From: Candidatus Poribacteria bacterium | Lineage (GTDB): Bacteria; Poribacteria; WGA-4E; PCPOR2b | Reading direction: 5' to 3' | Length of the DNA: 64,000 nt | Assembly: GCA_965218095.1 (NCBI GenBank) | Contig: OZ244587.1 | Coordinates: 1,216,001-1,280,000, forward strand | Part shown: one piece after another, positions 1 through 10,231 of the stretch | Layout of the letters: each line of letters opens with the position of its first letter | Numbering within the stretch: the stretch's first letter is position 1 | Notes under the pieces: generated by a model | The model's input: only the letters and a program-made list of their open reading frames with translations | What the model was told of the DNA's origin: nothing | Database searches by the model: none | Position numbers and translations under genes: made by a program

Positions 1-765
1 ATGCGCGATGCGGTGCGAGCCGCGGGCGTAAAAACGCTTGTCAGCTTTGTGCTGCGCTGGAATCCGCTATTTGAAACCCTCAAGGCGATGATCGCTGAGA
101 ATGCAGTGGGCGACATCTACTTTGTCGAGGCAGACTATCAGCACGACATCGCCAGTTGGTGGACGGGCTACGAAGATGCGCGGAAAAAATCAACGGGCGT
201 CAGCGCATTGATCACGGGGGGCTGCCACGCCGCCGATGCAATCCGTTGGTTCGCTGCCAAAGGGCAGTATGAAGCTGCGGACCCTGTCGAAGTGTTTGCC
301 TACTCCGGAGGCTATCGCAAAGGGCTTTCGGAGAAGTATGATTACTTCACCTCCCAATGGCGCGAGGCGCCGCCCCTGGAATATGACGATTTCGAGATCT
401 GTCTCGTCAAATTTGCGAACGGCACATTGGGAAAAGTCTCCGTGAATTACGGCTGCATCATGCCCTACACCTTTCCACTTGAGATTTTCGGCAACCGGGG
501 ATCAATCAAGGACAACCGAATCTGGTCGCATAAGTATCCCGGACAGAATGGATGGGTCGAAATTCCAGCCATCCTGCCGGACAGCGCAGATGTCACGCAT
601 CACCCATTCCAGGGGCAGATGGATCATTTCGTCGATTGCATCCTGAATAATCAAGAATCGCACTGCAACTTGGAGGACGCGATTAAAACACACGAAATCG
701 CTTTCGCCGCCTTGCAGTGTTACGAAACGGGGCAACCGGTGAAATTGCCCTTGTTGGAAGGTTAG
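1..765 (+). CDS. Gfo/Idh/MocA family oxidoreductase (5'-truncated by window edge)
   Basis: C-terminal GFO features: FVLRWNP, GGCHAAD, LEIFGNRGSI, HFVDCI; no N-terminal Rossmann motif inside window. Confidence 0.85.
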   Translation: MRDAVRAAGVKTLVSFVLRWNPLFETLKAMIAENAVGDIYFVEADYQHDIASWWTGYEDARKKSTGVSALITGGCHAADAIRWFAAKGQYEAADPVEVFAYSGGYRKGLSEKYDYFTSQWREAPPLEYDDFEICLVKFANGTLGKVSVNYGCIMPYTFPLEIFGNRGSIKDNRIWSHKYPGQNGWVEIPAILPDSADVTHHPFQGQMDHFVDCILNNQESHCNLEDAIKTHEIAFAALQCYETGQPVKLPLLEG

Positions 766-926
766 GTGGTATGGTTATTGGGCAGGTATATCGTTTGGGG
801 GATGAATCAGAAAACTCATAGAAGTGCAGAGCTTGCTCTGTGATGGGAAAGTCAAGCCGGTTCTGCACTCTGAAAATACCACAAGGTCTGTTTTGGCTGA
901 CTGCCATTCCACATCCGAGGGCGTTG

Positions 927-1916
927 TTAGCCTTGCTGCTTTATCGATATCAATCCTGCTGGACGGAAGCGCATCATGAGAATCAGGATGACGCCGAAGA
1001 TGAGATAGCGCGCTTCGCCGAATGGACGCAGGAGTTCCCCTAAAGACACCAGGATGCCGGCGCCGATAACCGCCCCCTTGATGCTTCCCATCCCGCCAAG
1101 CACGATCATGCACAGGATGAAAATCGATTCCCAAAATTCAAACGCCCCTGCGCTGATGTTGACCTGAAACTGTGCGAAAAACGCCCCACCGACGGCACCA
1201 ATCGCCGCGCTAACCGCGAAGGCGAGGGATTTGTATTCGCGCAGATTAATCCCCATGCTCTCCGCTGCACGCTCATCCTCTCGAATCGCCGCCCACGCCC
1301 TCCCCACACGCGAATTCTGCAAACGATAAACAGCGATAATTGTGAGAATCAACAAGATCAGGATATGGTAATACTGTTGCCAGTACTTGTAAAGCTCATG
1401 CCCAAAGAGCGTTGGGGCGGGGATGTCGTTTACAAACCCGTTGGGCCCACCAATCAGCCACTCCTCATTTTTCACGACGCGGAAAAGCAACTCTGCAAAC
1501 CCAAATGTTACAATAGCAAAATAGTCTCCCGTGAGTCGCAAAGTTGGCGCTCCACGCAGTAATCCCCAAAGTGCTCCGTGGAGCGCAGCAATTGGCAGAG
1601 CAACCCAGTAACTCCAACCGAGCCTCGCCATCAACAACCCCGCTGTATACCCGCCGACGAGGTAAAACCCCACATATCCCAGATCAAGCAACCCGGTAAA
1701 TCCCGGTACAATGTTAAGCCCCAAAGCCAGTAGCATGTAAAGGCAAGCCTGCACGAGGATGCGGAGGAGGTAGTCTCCACCTGGTATCTCATCAGGCACA
1801 GTAATTCCTTGGCCTAATATCCATTGGATGATAAGATCCCAGCTATAGGTCAACAGCGGAAAGAGGCACACGACTGCAACAAAAATAACGGCTTTGGCTG
1901 ATAACTTATTTCGCAT
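927..1916 (-). CDS. livM: Branched-chain amino acid ABC transporter permease
   Basis: GLLDLGYVGFY, LRLTGDYFAIVTFGF, AIREDE..AESMGIN, GGMGSIKG motifs. Confidence 0.93.
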   Translation of the reverse strand: MRNKLSAKAVIFVAVVCLFPLLTYSWDLIIQWILGQGITVPDEIPGGDYLLRILVQACLYMLLALGLNIVPGFTGLLDLGYVGFYLVGGYTAGLLMARLGWSYWVALPIAALHGALWGLLRGAPTLRLTGDYFAIVTFGFAELLFRVVKNEEWLIGGPNGFVNDIPAPTLFGHELYKYWQQYYHILILLILTIIAVYRLQNSRVGRAWAAIREDERAAESMGINLREYKSLAFAVSAAIGAVGGAFFAQFQVNISAGAFEFWESIFILCMIVLGGMGSIKGAVIGAGILVSLGELLRPFGEARYLIFGVILILMMRFRPAGLISIKQQG

Positions 1917-1990
1917 GGTGGTTTATCTTGCGTAATGCGTAAAACCTAAATGAACCATTAAACCAATGAACGCATGAACCAATTTCCGCA

Positions 1991-2884
1991 TTAAGCTCGT
2001 GTCGCCGTTGATTTCCCAAGTAAGCCGGATGGGCGAAAGATGATCACGAGAATCATGATGATATAAGCGATCGCTAGGCGGTATCCGGAGGAGATGTAGC
2101 CGGCGCCGAGGACTTCAGCGACGCCGAGTATCACACCACCAAGCATCGCGCCGGTAACATTGCCAATCCCTCCAAGCACAGCAGCAGCAAATGCTGCAAC
2201 GCCTTTGTAGTAGCCCATTGTAGGTTCGGTGACTTCGCGCAAGCCAACCATAACGCCAGCGACCGCACCCAGGGCAGATCCGATTGCAAACGTTACAGCA
2301 ATGATGTGATTCACGTTAATGCCCATCAAGTTCGCGGCGACTTGGTCCTGGGCGCATGCTCGCATCGCTTTGCCAATTTTCGTTAAGTAAATCAACCGGT
2401 TTAATCCAATCATTAAGCCCACGGCGAGCAGGATGATGAAGAGATCCAAAAACGAGATGTGCGCCCCACCGGGCAGCGGGATAGCATTTGCTGTCAAAAA
2501 CGCAGGCGTTGCTTCAGTAGGGAATGGACGCCATCTTGCCCCCCAAATCAATCGAGCGAGATTTTGTAGCATTAGGGATATACCAATGGCGGTAATCAGT
2601 GCGGAGAGGCGTGGCGCATTACGGAGCGGACGGTAGGCGACGAAGTCGATGAGCATCCCCATCAAGGCGCACAGGAGCATGCTAATTGGTAGGGCAAGCC
2701 AAAAGGAGAGCCCCAGCGTCGTGACACAAAAAAAGGCAAAATACGCACCGAACATGAAGATTTCTCCGTGCGCGAAGTTAATCAGTTGGATGATGCCATA
2801 GACCATGGTATAGCCCACAGCGATCAGGGCGTAGATGCCGCCAAGTACAAGGCCGTTAATGATTTGCTCTAGCAGTTGTGTCAT
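1991..2884 (-). CDS. livH: Branched-chain amino acid ABC transporter permease
   Basis: GGIYALIAVGYTMVYGIIQLINFAHGE, GKAMRACAQD..AANLMGIN motifs. Confidence 0.95.
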   Translation of the reverse strand: MTQLLEQIINGLVLGGIYALIAVGYTMVYGIIQLINFAHGEIFMFGAYFAFFCVTTLGLSFWLALPISMLLCALMGMLIDFVAYRPLRNAPRLSALITAIGISLMLQNLARLIWGARWRPFPTEATPAFLTANAIPLPGGAHISFLDLFIILLAVGLMIGLNRLIYLTKIGKAMRACAQDQVAANLMGINVNHIIAVTFAIGSALGAVAGVMVGLREVTEPTMGYYKGVAAFAAAVLGGIGNVTGAMLGGVILGVAEVLGAGYISSGYRLAIAYIIMILVIIFRPSGLLGKSTATRA

Positions 2885-2919
2885 GCAGTTTTGTTAGCTC
2901 TCCTCGTTGCATGCTCTTC

Positions 2920-3508
2920 TTATTGGATGAGCGCTGATGCGACCGTATGAAGTTTCATGCCGCGATCCGTGGCATTAACGAGATTTTTGAAGAACGCCTT
3001 AACATCTTGGAGTGCTTTGCTCGTCAGGCGTACCCTTCCACTGGGCACCTGAGTCCAGTCGTATGCTGGCATTCCGAAACCGTGAGCGAAGCTATGACGC
3101 ACCCTCAATGTTTCATTTAACCGATTCCGCACGTCCAAACCTTCCATCCCACGTCGACTCTAAACCCAGTCGTTGATGGGATCATACCCGGTGCACAAAA
3201 AGGTTGCGCGTGTTTTCTGCGTTCGGGGTATTGAATCTCTCCAGTGACCTTTCGGCCAACACTTGAGCAGTCGTGTAGACGGCGTGGAACTTTGTGTCTA
3301 ATGGATTTTCTATCACATTGTAGAAATCGCGCATAAGTGCGTTAATGTATGCGTACCAAGCTACAACATAAGCTGCAAGTGAGGCGTGGTAGTAAACCTG
3401 TATCTGATCATGCGAAATTGGTCTAAGACGCTTATCGGTCGCTGCAACGAAACACAGGAAACTCTTACCAACTCCCCCTTTGTTGTTCCAGAATGCGTAA
3501 GCTGTCAT
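2920..3508 (-). pseudogene. ParA N-terminus fused (by deletion) to a HEPN-domain protein; frameshift and in-frame TAG
   Basis: Starts MTAYAFWNNKGGVGKS (deviant Walker A), switches to a helical segment, frameshifts near 3190 to TGYDPINDWV*SRRG and continues to an RHSFAH (RxxxxH) motif. Confidence 0.7.
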
Positions 3509-3592
3509 AATATTATCCTCTCATCACATGGGGATACAAGAACATATTGGGGTGTTGAATCCTCGCTGCCCCGTTACACATCACGTTTCACG

Positions 3593-4753
3593 CTACATGT
3601 CCGTATCAAGCATCTGGTTTTCGGCAGGGACAAATTTGCCATCACGTACTACCTTGACATAAGCCGGCTTGATGCAGTCGCCGTTCTTATCGAAGTAGGT
3701 TAAGCCCGTGATGCCTTCGTATCCTTTTTCGGGGGTGGTTATCGAGGCCAAATGTTTCTGGATGGCTTTGCGGTTCTCACCGCCCTTTTCAATCGCTTCG
3801 ACAATCATGCCAACCGCATCATAACTCAACGCCGCCCAGGTATCGGGCGCAACGCCGTATTCTTCCTCAAACACCTTTGCGACCCTTTGAGCTTCGGCTC
3901 CTCCAAGTTCAAACACAAACGGGGTCGAAACATACGTACCTTCGGCAGCATTGCCGGCGATCTGAAGGAAATCTGGGGAATCCACACCATCGGCGCCGAA
4001 GAGTTGGGCGGTGATGCCCGTCTCACGAGCTTGTGAAGCGATCAATCCAGCTTGACTGTATAAACCGGAGATAAAAATCAGATCCGGATTTTTCGCCTTA
4101 ATGCTTGTCAATTGCGCCTTAAAGTCGGTGTTATCCCGATCATACGCCTCTGTCGCAACGATTTCGATCCCAATTTTTTTGGCGGCGTTTGTAAAACCGT
4201 CTTTGAGACCTCGCCCGTAATCGTCGTTATCAAAGAAAATCGCGATTGTCTGGGATGTTTTCAAGACATTCTTGATATACTTTGCCACAAACTCGCCCTG
4301 AAAATCGTCACGATACAAATTTCTGAATGTCCAATCGCTCCCCTCACAAACACGGACATTGGTGGAGCCGGGTGAAAGCTGGACAATCCTCGCTCGTTTA
4401 TAGATCGGTTTCCCTGCCAGTGAACAGGAGCTATTAAAGTGTCCAACGACTGCAAGGATGCTCCGATTAGTCGCAATTCGCGTTGCAACCAAACTTGCCT
4501 CTTTGTCTTTGCCAGCGTCATCCTCAAACATGAGCGTGAGCGTTTTGTCATTGACGCCTCCAGCGGCGTTAATTTCTTTTGCCCTGAGTTCAGCACCGCG
4601 TTTAATCATCTCTCCGAAAGCGGCAGTATTCCCCGTAAACGGACCGGCAACAGCGATCTTAATAGTCTTCGCCCCATAGCTCTCAAGAGTAGAACCGAAA
4701 ACGGCGATGAGGGTTATGAAAAAAAGTGCTATAATCTGTACTTTGGTTTTCAT
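3593..4753 (-). CDS. livK: Branched-chain amino acid ABC transporter substrate-binding protein
   Basis: Signal peptide, IAVAGPFTG, EINAAGGV, VVGHFNSS, NDDYGRG, YDAV motifs; upstream of livH/livM. Confidence 0.92.
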   Translation of the reverse strand: MKTKVQIIALFFITLIAVFGSTLESYGAKTIKIAVAGPFTGNTAAFGEMIKRGAELRAKEINAAGGVNDKTLTLMFEDDAGKDKEASLVATRIATNRSILAVVGHFNSSCSLAGKPIYKRARIVQLSPGSTNVRVCEGSDWTFRNLYRDDFQGEFVAKYIKNVLKTSQTIAIFFDNDDYGRGLKDGFTNAAKKIGIEIVATEAYDRDNTDFKAQLTSIKAKNPDLIFISGLYSQAGLIASQARETGITAQLFGADGVDSPDFLQIAGNAAEGTYVSTPFVFELGGAEAQRVAKVFEEEYGVAPDTWAALSYDAVGMIVEAIEKGGENRKAIQKHLASITTPEKGYEGITGLTYFDKNGDCIKPAYVKVVRDGKFVPAENQMLDTDM

Positions 4754-4871
4754 TTTTTTCGTCCATCCTTAGAAATTCTTCTCTAGGTAAAAAATTGCCA
4801 GCAACGAAACCGAAATTAACCTTTCATTGCTGGCAATGAGATAAAAACTGGATAACGGACATGACAGTAAT

Positions 4872-5666
4872 TTATTCTTTTACGTTCACAACTTGCCGAA
4901 AATCGAACTCAAAATCGACTTTTGACCGCTTTTTATCCTTATCGATGATCAGGACTTCCGGCAAGATGACTTTCACATCCGTTGCGGCAACGTCAAGCCG
5001 ATCAAAAACCAGAAGCCCGTCACGCTTCGCTCCTGAGAAAAGCCTGCCTCCATCGAATACCGTCTCACGAGCAACCATACGCTCATGATTCACAGCGTTC
5101 GGATCTGGATAGTAGTCGTATACCCGGTACGGTGGGTAACGGTACGGATAACCGTAATGATAACGGTAGAGACTGCGGTAGTAAGACCTGGGGATGGGGT
5201 AAGAGTATCGATATCCGATGTCGTGGAAAGCCACTGTGCGTGGCCTCGCGTTCTCGTAGAGCTCTTTGAAGTAATCATAAGGGAACGAGGCATACTGCTC
5301 GCCGTTCTGATCGACTAAGATTGCCATCGGATCGACGATAACCCTCGGATTGCCTGTATTTTCGATGCGGATGCCGAAAACGGTATACAATGGCTCGACA
5401 TTTCCCCAACGGTCAATCCTGACATAAGGATTAATCCGCGCGTCCTCCGTAAGTTCAAACAGTTCCACTTCATCGAGCGGTTCGAGCGTAATCTGCACAC
5501 CCCGCTGTTCTACAGAAATCGACCCCGTCTGTGCATCAATTTGCGCCTGTTCCCTGCCTGGGACAGGCTCCATATACATCTCAACGTATGGCTTTGGCGC
5601 ACATCCCACCAAAATGCTGATTGCCGTGATAAGGGCAAAGACGCCCAGGAACTTTCGGTACATCAT
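4872..5666 (-). CDS. Hypothetical lipoprotein with Tyr/Arg-rich insert
   Basis: Lipobox ILVGC after hydrophobic stretch; GGAG RBS upstream. Confidence 0.7.
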   Translation of the reverse strand: MMYRKFLGVFALITAISILVGCAPKPYVEMYMEPVPGREQAQIDAQTGSISVEQRGVQITLEPLDEVELFELTEDARINPYVRIDRWGNVEPLYTVFGIRIENTGNPRVIVDPMAILVDQNGEQYASFPYDYFKELYENARPRTVAFHDIGYRYSYPIPRSYYRSLYRYHYGYPYRYPPYRVYDYYPDPNAVNHERMVARETVFDGGRLFSGAKRDGLLVFDRLDVAATDVKVILPEVLIIDKDKKRSKVDFEFDFRQVVNVKE

Positions 5667-5875
5667 TTTGATTTACTCCTTCAAGATTGGGTATCAGGGT
5701 TTAGGCATCAGGTATTTGGTATAACACCCAACACCTAATCCCGCATTAATTATACGCTAACTTGTCAGCATTGGTGGATAACGCAATATTGGGGTTTCTC
5801 AAGAAGACTCGAACTTCTTTTGAAACAGCTATAGTTTAACACAGAAACGTGAGGAATTGCAATCATATTCTGACT

Positions 5876-7108
5876 TCAATATCGACGTAAAGCCGCAATC
5901 CGCTGAAGCACCGGCGGATGGCTGTAATTGAGAAATACGGTCAAGGGATGCGGCGTCAGATTACCGAGATTGGAAACAGACAGGGTTTTCAAACCAGAGA
6001 TTAGCGGCTCTGGGGAGGTGACGGTCTCGGCGGCAAAGGTATCTGCTTCATATTCGTGCTTGCGGGACATATAGTTCACACCAATTGAAAGCACGAGTTC
6101 AATTGGAGAGTAGAGGATTGAGAAGAAAACGAACCCAGCATAGATCGAGATCTGCTCCATCCGAAAGGCATCAAAAAGCGCTCCGTTGTCAACAAAGCGA
6201 GAGAGGAGAAACAGCAGTATCCCCGCATGAAGAACGGATAAAACCGTGCCTTTCAGAACATGCTTTTTCTTGTAATGTCCCACCTCGTGAGCGATGACCG
6301 AGACGAGTTCCTCAACAGAATGCTTGTCAATCAAAGTATCAAACAGCGCAATCCGCTTTTTCTTGCCGAAACCGCTGAAATAGGCGTTGGAATGGGTTGA
6401 ACGTTTGGAGCCGTCCATAACAGAAATTTCTGTGAGCAGGAATTTCGCTTTTGCAGCATACTGCTGAAGGGCATCTTTAAGTTCACCATCTTCTACAGGG
6501 GTAAACTTGTTGAACAGCGGTGCGATTACAGTCGTAAATAGTAGCGGCGCGATGATGATGAACAGGGATACCAGCCCCCAGGCATACATCCAAGCGTAGG
6601 CGCCGGTTTTCTCAAAGAAGTACAGCAGCCCACCGAGCAAAATGGAGCCTAAGATGATGACCAAAACGTAGGTTTTAATCCTGTCCAAAACAAACGTTTT
6701 GACTGTCATTTTGTTGAAGCCGAATCTTTCTTCAATGCCAAAATCGGTATAGAGAGAAAAGGGTATAGAGATGATTTCTCTCACAAAATAGAGTATACTA
6801 AAGAAGATTAGGCCCGTTGGGATTGGTGACAGATCCAGGCTGCGAACGAAGTTATCGACATAATTAAATCCGCCGAGTAGGATGAAAGCCAAAATTAAGG
6901 ACAGATCAAATGTGGACGAAACATAAGCAAACTTTGCGTATACTCTGGTGTATTCTTGAGATTGGCGGTATTTGTCTTCGTCATAAAATCCCTGAAATTC
7001 ATCGGGCAGCTTCGGATTTAGTGCTTTTAAGTTTAAATAACGCGCAACGCTGCGAAGGGTAAACTCGCCAGTCAGCGCGGTGAGTATAATTACAAGATAG
7101 ATATTCAT
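5876..7108 (-). CDS. M48 family (Ste24-like) zinc metallopeptidase
   Basis: DGSKRSTHSNAYF, HEVGH, EYEAD, YSHPP motifs; multiple TM helices. Confidence 0.93.
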   Translation of the reverse strand: MNIYLVIILTALTGEFTLRSVARYLNLKALNPKLPDEFQGFYDEDKYRQSQEYTRVYAKFAYVSSTFDLSLILAFILLGGFNYVDNFVRSLDLSPIPTGLIFFSILYFVREIISIPFSLYTDFGIEERFGFNKMTVKTFVLDRIKTYVLVIILGSILLGGLLYFFEKTGAYAWMYAWGLVSLFIIIAPLLFTTVIAPLFNKFTPVEDGELKDALQQYAAKAKFLLTEISVMDGSKRSTHSNAYFSGFGKKKRIALFDTLIDKHSVEELVSVIAHEVGHYKKKHVLKGTVLSVLHAGILLFLLSRFVDNGALFDAFRMEQISIYAGFVFFSILYSPIELVLSIGVNYMSRKHEYEADTFAAETVTSPEPLISGLKTLSVSNLGNLTPHPLTVFLNYSHPPVLQRIAALRRY

Positions 7109-7150
7109 AGAATCGCTTCAAAACCTTAGCTTTGTAAACTTCTAGACTGG

Positions 7151-7393
7151 TTAGGTGTTGCTTGACACCGTAGATACTTCTATTGAACCAACCTTTGTTG
7201 GGGTTAGCTCACTTGAATGTCGTGTCAGATATTCAAGAACTTCCCCTTACATCTTTTCGATCTCCGTCCGAAACCCACTTGAAATGAGGGGAAATCCTTC
7301 AGGTGTTGCTTTGACACGCAATTGTAAAAGTAGGTTTTGAAAATACTCAATACGTTCCTGAGTGGTTTTTAGTTCTTTATCATTGCGAATCAT
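7151..7393 (-). pseudogene. Small hypothetical protein with internal TAA
   Basis: Hand translation MIRNDKELKTTQERIEYFQNLL...EIEKM*GEVLEYLTRHSSE; internal stop at 7247-7249; terminal stop lies in an ACCTAAC (attC R''-like) heptamer. Confidence 0.55.
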
Positions 7394-7447
7394 TCTCTCA
7401 CCGCAAACAAATGTTAGCCGCCCAACACAATCAATATTCCCATATGA

Positions 7448-8065
7448 TTACGGCAGCCGCAATATCACCATCTTATCATCATCGCCCGCAATTGCGACAA
7501 CAGTATCGTTCAATCCCAATACCACCACATTATCAACACCTACATCCGCCTCACAGTCGCCACCGCCAGACACTTGTTATCGGGTGAAAATGCCAGGCAG
7601 TGTTCCAAAGTGTCGAATTGTTTCCCCCAGACCGCCCCCAGGTCGCTTAGACGATAAACCACCACCTCCCCGCCGCTGCCCTGCACCGCAAGGTAAAGTC
7701 CATCCGGTGAGATCGCCAGCGCATTACTCGCCGGATACTTCCGGAATTGTGGATTGATCATTTTACCGGGAGACCCATCAGCCATTGACCAGAATCGCAC
7801 AGGATCCTCATCCCAGGGAATACTAGCAACTTGTTTTCTATCGGGCGTAATGCACATGTCGTAGGCAGAATTTTCGTACGGCGGTTGCGTGGGTCAATGT
7901 CCTTCAGCTTGCCATACCTGGTTTCCGGTTGCCGCGTCTATCAAAATTACGCCACTGACGACACCCCCCGCGACGATGTATTTGCCATCAGCAGAAAATC
8001 CCAGGCCCCGAATGTAACCGTTGCCGGGCTCTGCGTGCCACACGACGACGCCATTTTCAGCAATA
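7448..8065 (-). pseudogene. WD40-repeat protein fragments
   Basis: GLGFSADGKYIVAG, ITPDRKQVAS, LAISPDGLYLAV, LAFSPDNKCLAV spread over different frames. Confidence 0.7.
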
Positions 8066-8108
8066 CTTCTCGTACTCGGGGTGCAATTCATCATCAAGTG
8101 CAATTATA

Positions 8109-8404
<296 letters not shown>

Positions 8405-8481
8405 TTATTTCTGATTTGTTGTTCTACTTTGACGACACAGCGAAATCTCTTTTTTCCCCTGCCTAACGACTGGTGAAGTTT

Positions 8482-9066
8482 TTATTCTTTGAGAACCATA
8501 TCGACACACATCACGGCTGCAAGGATTAACTGACGGACTACATTCTCATGGGGCACAGATTCACCAATCTCAAGTACATAATTGTCTGCACTTGTAAAGA
8601 GTTCCTTGCCAATCCCTGCCCATTTCTTCGTTACATGAGCCAATTCAGTCTCATCTGCCATGAACTTAAAATCCCATCCTGTCCACTTGCCTTTGAGTTG
8701 GCAAACGGGTCTCTCGCTTGCATCAAGGACACTAAAAGCACCACCTATCGAAAAATTCTGCTTGAACCCACCTATACACTGATCGTTTCCGTCAAGAACG
8801 TTCACTTCAGAAAGAAAGACAGAAATTCCTCTCGTAATACGAACGATCTGATGTCCATCAGGAGTTCTGATCTGAATATCAAAAGGTGTCATTCTTTTGA
8901 AGTTCGTGAACCTGAGAACCTTGGTGAAGATTCCCAATCGTTCTTCACGACACTCCATGATAATGTGACCCGTTTCCGGATCATAAATGTCGTAATTATT
9001 AGCTGCCTTGAACATTCCAACATGTTCTTTGATGAGGAAAATATTCCTATTCAATACGTCGTGCAC
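8482..9066 (-). CDS. Scramblase/LURP-one-related (tubby-like) protein; probable gene cassette
   Basis: IKEHVGMFKAANNYDI, GKWTGWDF, KKWAGIGKELFTSADNY, LILAAVMCVD; GTG start at 9066 after purine-rich RBS chosen over the 9240 start, which would run through the attC. Confidence 0.8.
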   Translation of the reverse strand: MHDVLNRNIFLIKEHVGMFKAANNYDIYDPETGHIIMECREERLGIFTKVLRFTNFKRMTPFDIQIRTPDGHQIVRITRGISVFLSEVNVLDGNDQCIGGFKQNFSIGGAFSVLDASERPVCQLKGKWTGWDFKFMADETELAHVTKKWAGIGKELFTSADNYVLEIGESVPHENVVRQLILAAVMCVDMVLKE

Positions 9067-9092
9067 TTTGTCCCCCCTTTTCTTCCCCTGCT

Positions 9093-9197
9093 TCCTAACA
9101 ACCGAGTTGAGGTACGTTGCAATCACTGACATGAATCGAATGGCAGAACCACTTTCATCCACTGCTGGCTCAACGTCAACTCCAACGATGGTTAGAC
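9093..9197 (-). other. Integron attC site
   Basis: Minus strand: R'' GTCTAAC, L'' arm GTTG(G)AGTTGACGTTG pairing with CAACGTACCTCAAC with extrahelical bases, R' GTTAGGA; 105 bp. Confidence 0.75.
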
Positions 9198-9252
9198 TCC
9201 ACACGCGCCAGGCACCGTGCGCCGGTCGATAAACTCCCACCGCGAGCTGCCG

Positions 9253-9318
9253 ATCTAACTCTTGATTATGCGGAAAAAATTCCGTATAATCCTTTATGCC
9301 AGAATTTTTTCCGTATAA
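9253..9318 (-). other. Putative attI site
   Basis: Minus-strand GTTAGAT core (9253-9259) preceded by two tandem imperfect palindromes TTATRCGGAA..TTCYGYATAA-like (9266-9289, 9294-9318). Confidence 0.55.
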
Positions 9319-9348
9319 AAATTTTAGGCATTGTATAGATACAGGCTT

Positions 9349-9840
9349 TTAGTCTACGCTAATGCCATGCTTCTGCATGTGACATTTGGGACATAATGCT
9401 TGCAAGTCCTCTAACCCTTCTTCACCTATCCGCTCATAATTAAGATGATGCACTTGTTTCGCTTCGTTTGTACATCCCTCATTTTCACAAATAGACCACG
9501 CAAATGACATCACCGCATCCCTTTTACGTTTCCACTCATCAGATTTTAGATACTCACGCTTATACGCTCGTTCATCCATTCGACAATACGGACCCCACTG
9601 GATCACACTGCCACATGGATGTATGATATTCTCAGGCGTAGATTCAAGACGAGATTGTAGTTCTTTGTCTGACAATGTTAAATACAGCCATTGAGCCTTA
9701 TAATATTCTGGAGTACAAAGATTGCGATCTAGTATATTTGGGTTCGACTTGATTTGTCTGGGCACGCAGATAGTGCCAGCGCGCCCTGATAGTTCGTAAA
9801 GGTGTATCATCACCTTTCTTTCATCAATACAATTTTTCAT
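9349..9840 (-). CDS. HNH endonuclease domain protein
   Basis: YLKSDEWKRKR..CENEGC..QVHHLNY..LQALCPKCHMQKH. Confidence 0.85.
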   Translation of the reverse strand: MKNCIDERKVMIHLYELSGRAGTICVPRQIKSNPNILDRNLCTPEYYKAQWLYLTLSDKELQSRLESTPENIIHPCGSVIQWGPYCRMDERAYKREYLKSDEWKRKRDAVMSFAWSICENEGCTNEAKQVHHLNYERIGEEGLEDLQALCPKCHMQKHGISVD

Positions 9841-9963
9841 TGGGTTTTCTCCTTCATTCGTAGATGAAAAAGCCTATATCTACACATCCCCAAATTTTAT
9901 CCAGAATTTCCACCTGAATCAATTTCCAAAACCTGATAAAATAGAAATCAAACGGTTGACGAA

Positions 9964-9992
9964 ATTATACAACCTTTCTAAACCACAGTCAA
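9964..9992 (-). promoter_or_regulatory. Sigma70-type promoter (Pc-like) facing HNH gene and cassettes
   Basis: TTGACT-17 bp-TATAAT on minus strand, just upstream of and divergent from intI. Confidence 0.7.
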
Positions 9993-10013
9993 CGGAAAGT
10001 TGCGGAGAGAAAA

Positions 10014-10217
10014 ATGCAGCGACGCCCCAAGAAACTCCTCGATCAAGTCCGTGAAAAGATGTCAGTGAAACACAACCCCAGCCGGACTGAAGAAGCCTAC
10101 GTCAACTGGGTTCGGGACTACATTCAGTTTCACAATAAGCGGTGCCCGAAAAATAAGAGCACCCACGAAAATCGAAGCGTTTCTAATTACTGGCCGAATC
10201 CATCATACAGTCATTAG
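10014..10217 (+). pseudogene. intI: Integron integrase N-terminal (SAM-like) fragment
   Basis: KLLDQVREKM..KH..RTEEAYVNWVRDYIQFHNKRCP, continuing as EIEAFL after a frameshift; catalytic domain absent. Confidence 0.8.
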
Positions 10218-10231
10218 CAGGGAACAGAACA

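Noticed and set aside
5876-7108. M48 protease as an integron cassette
   Set aside because: Co-oriented and adjacent, but no GTTRRRY/attC boundaries found around it
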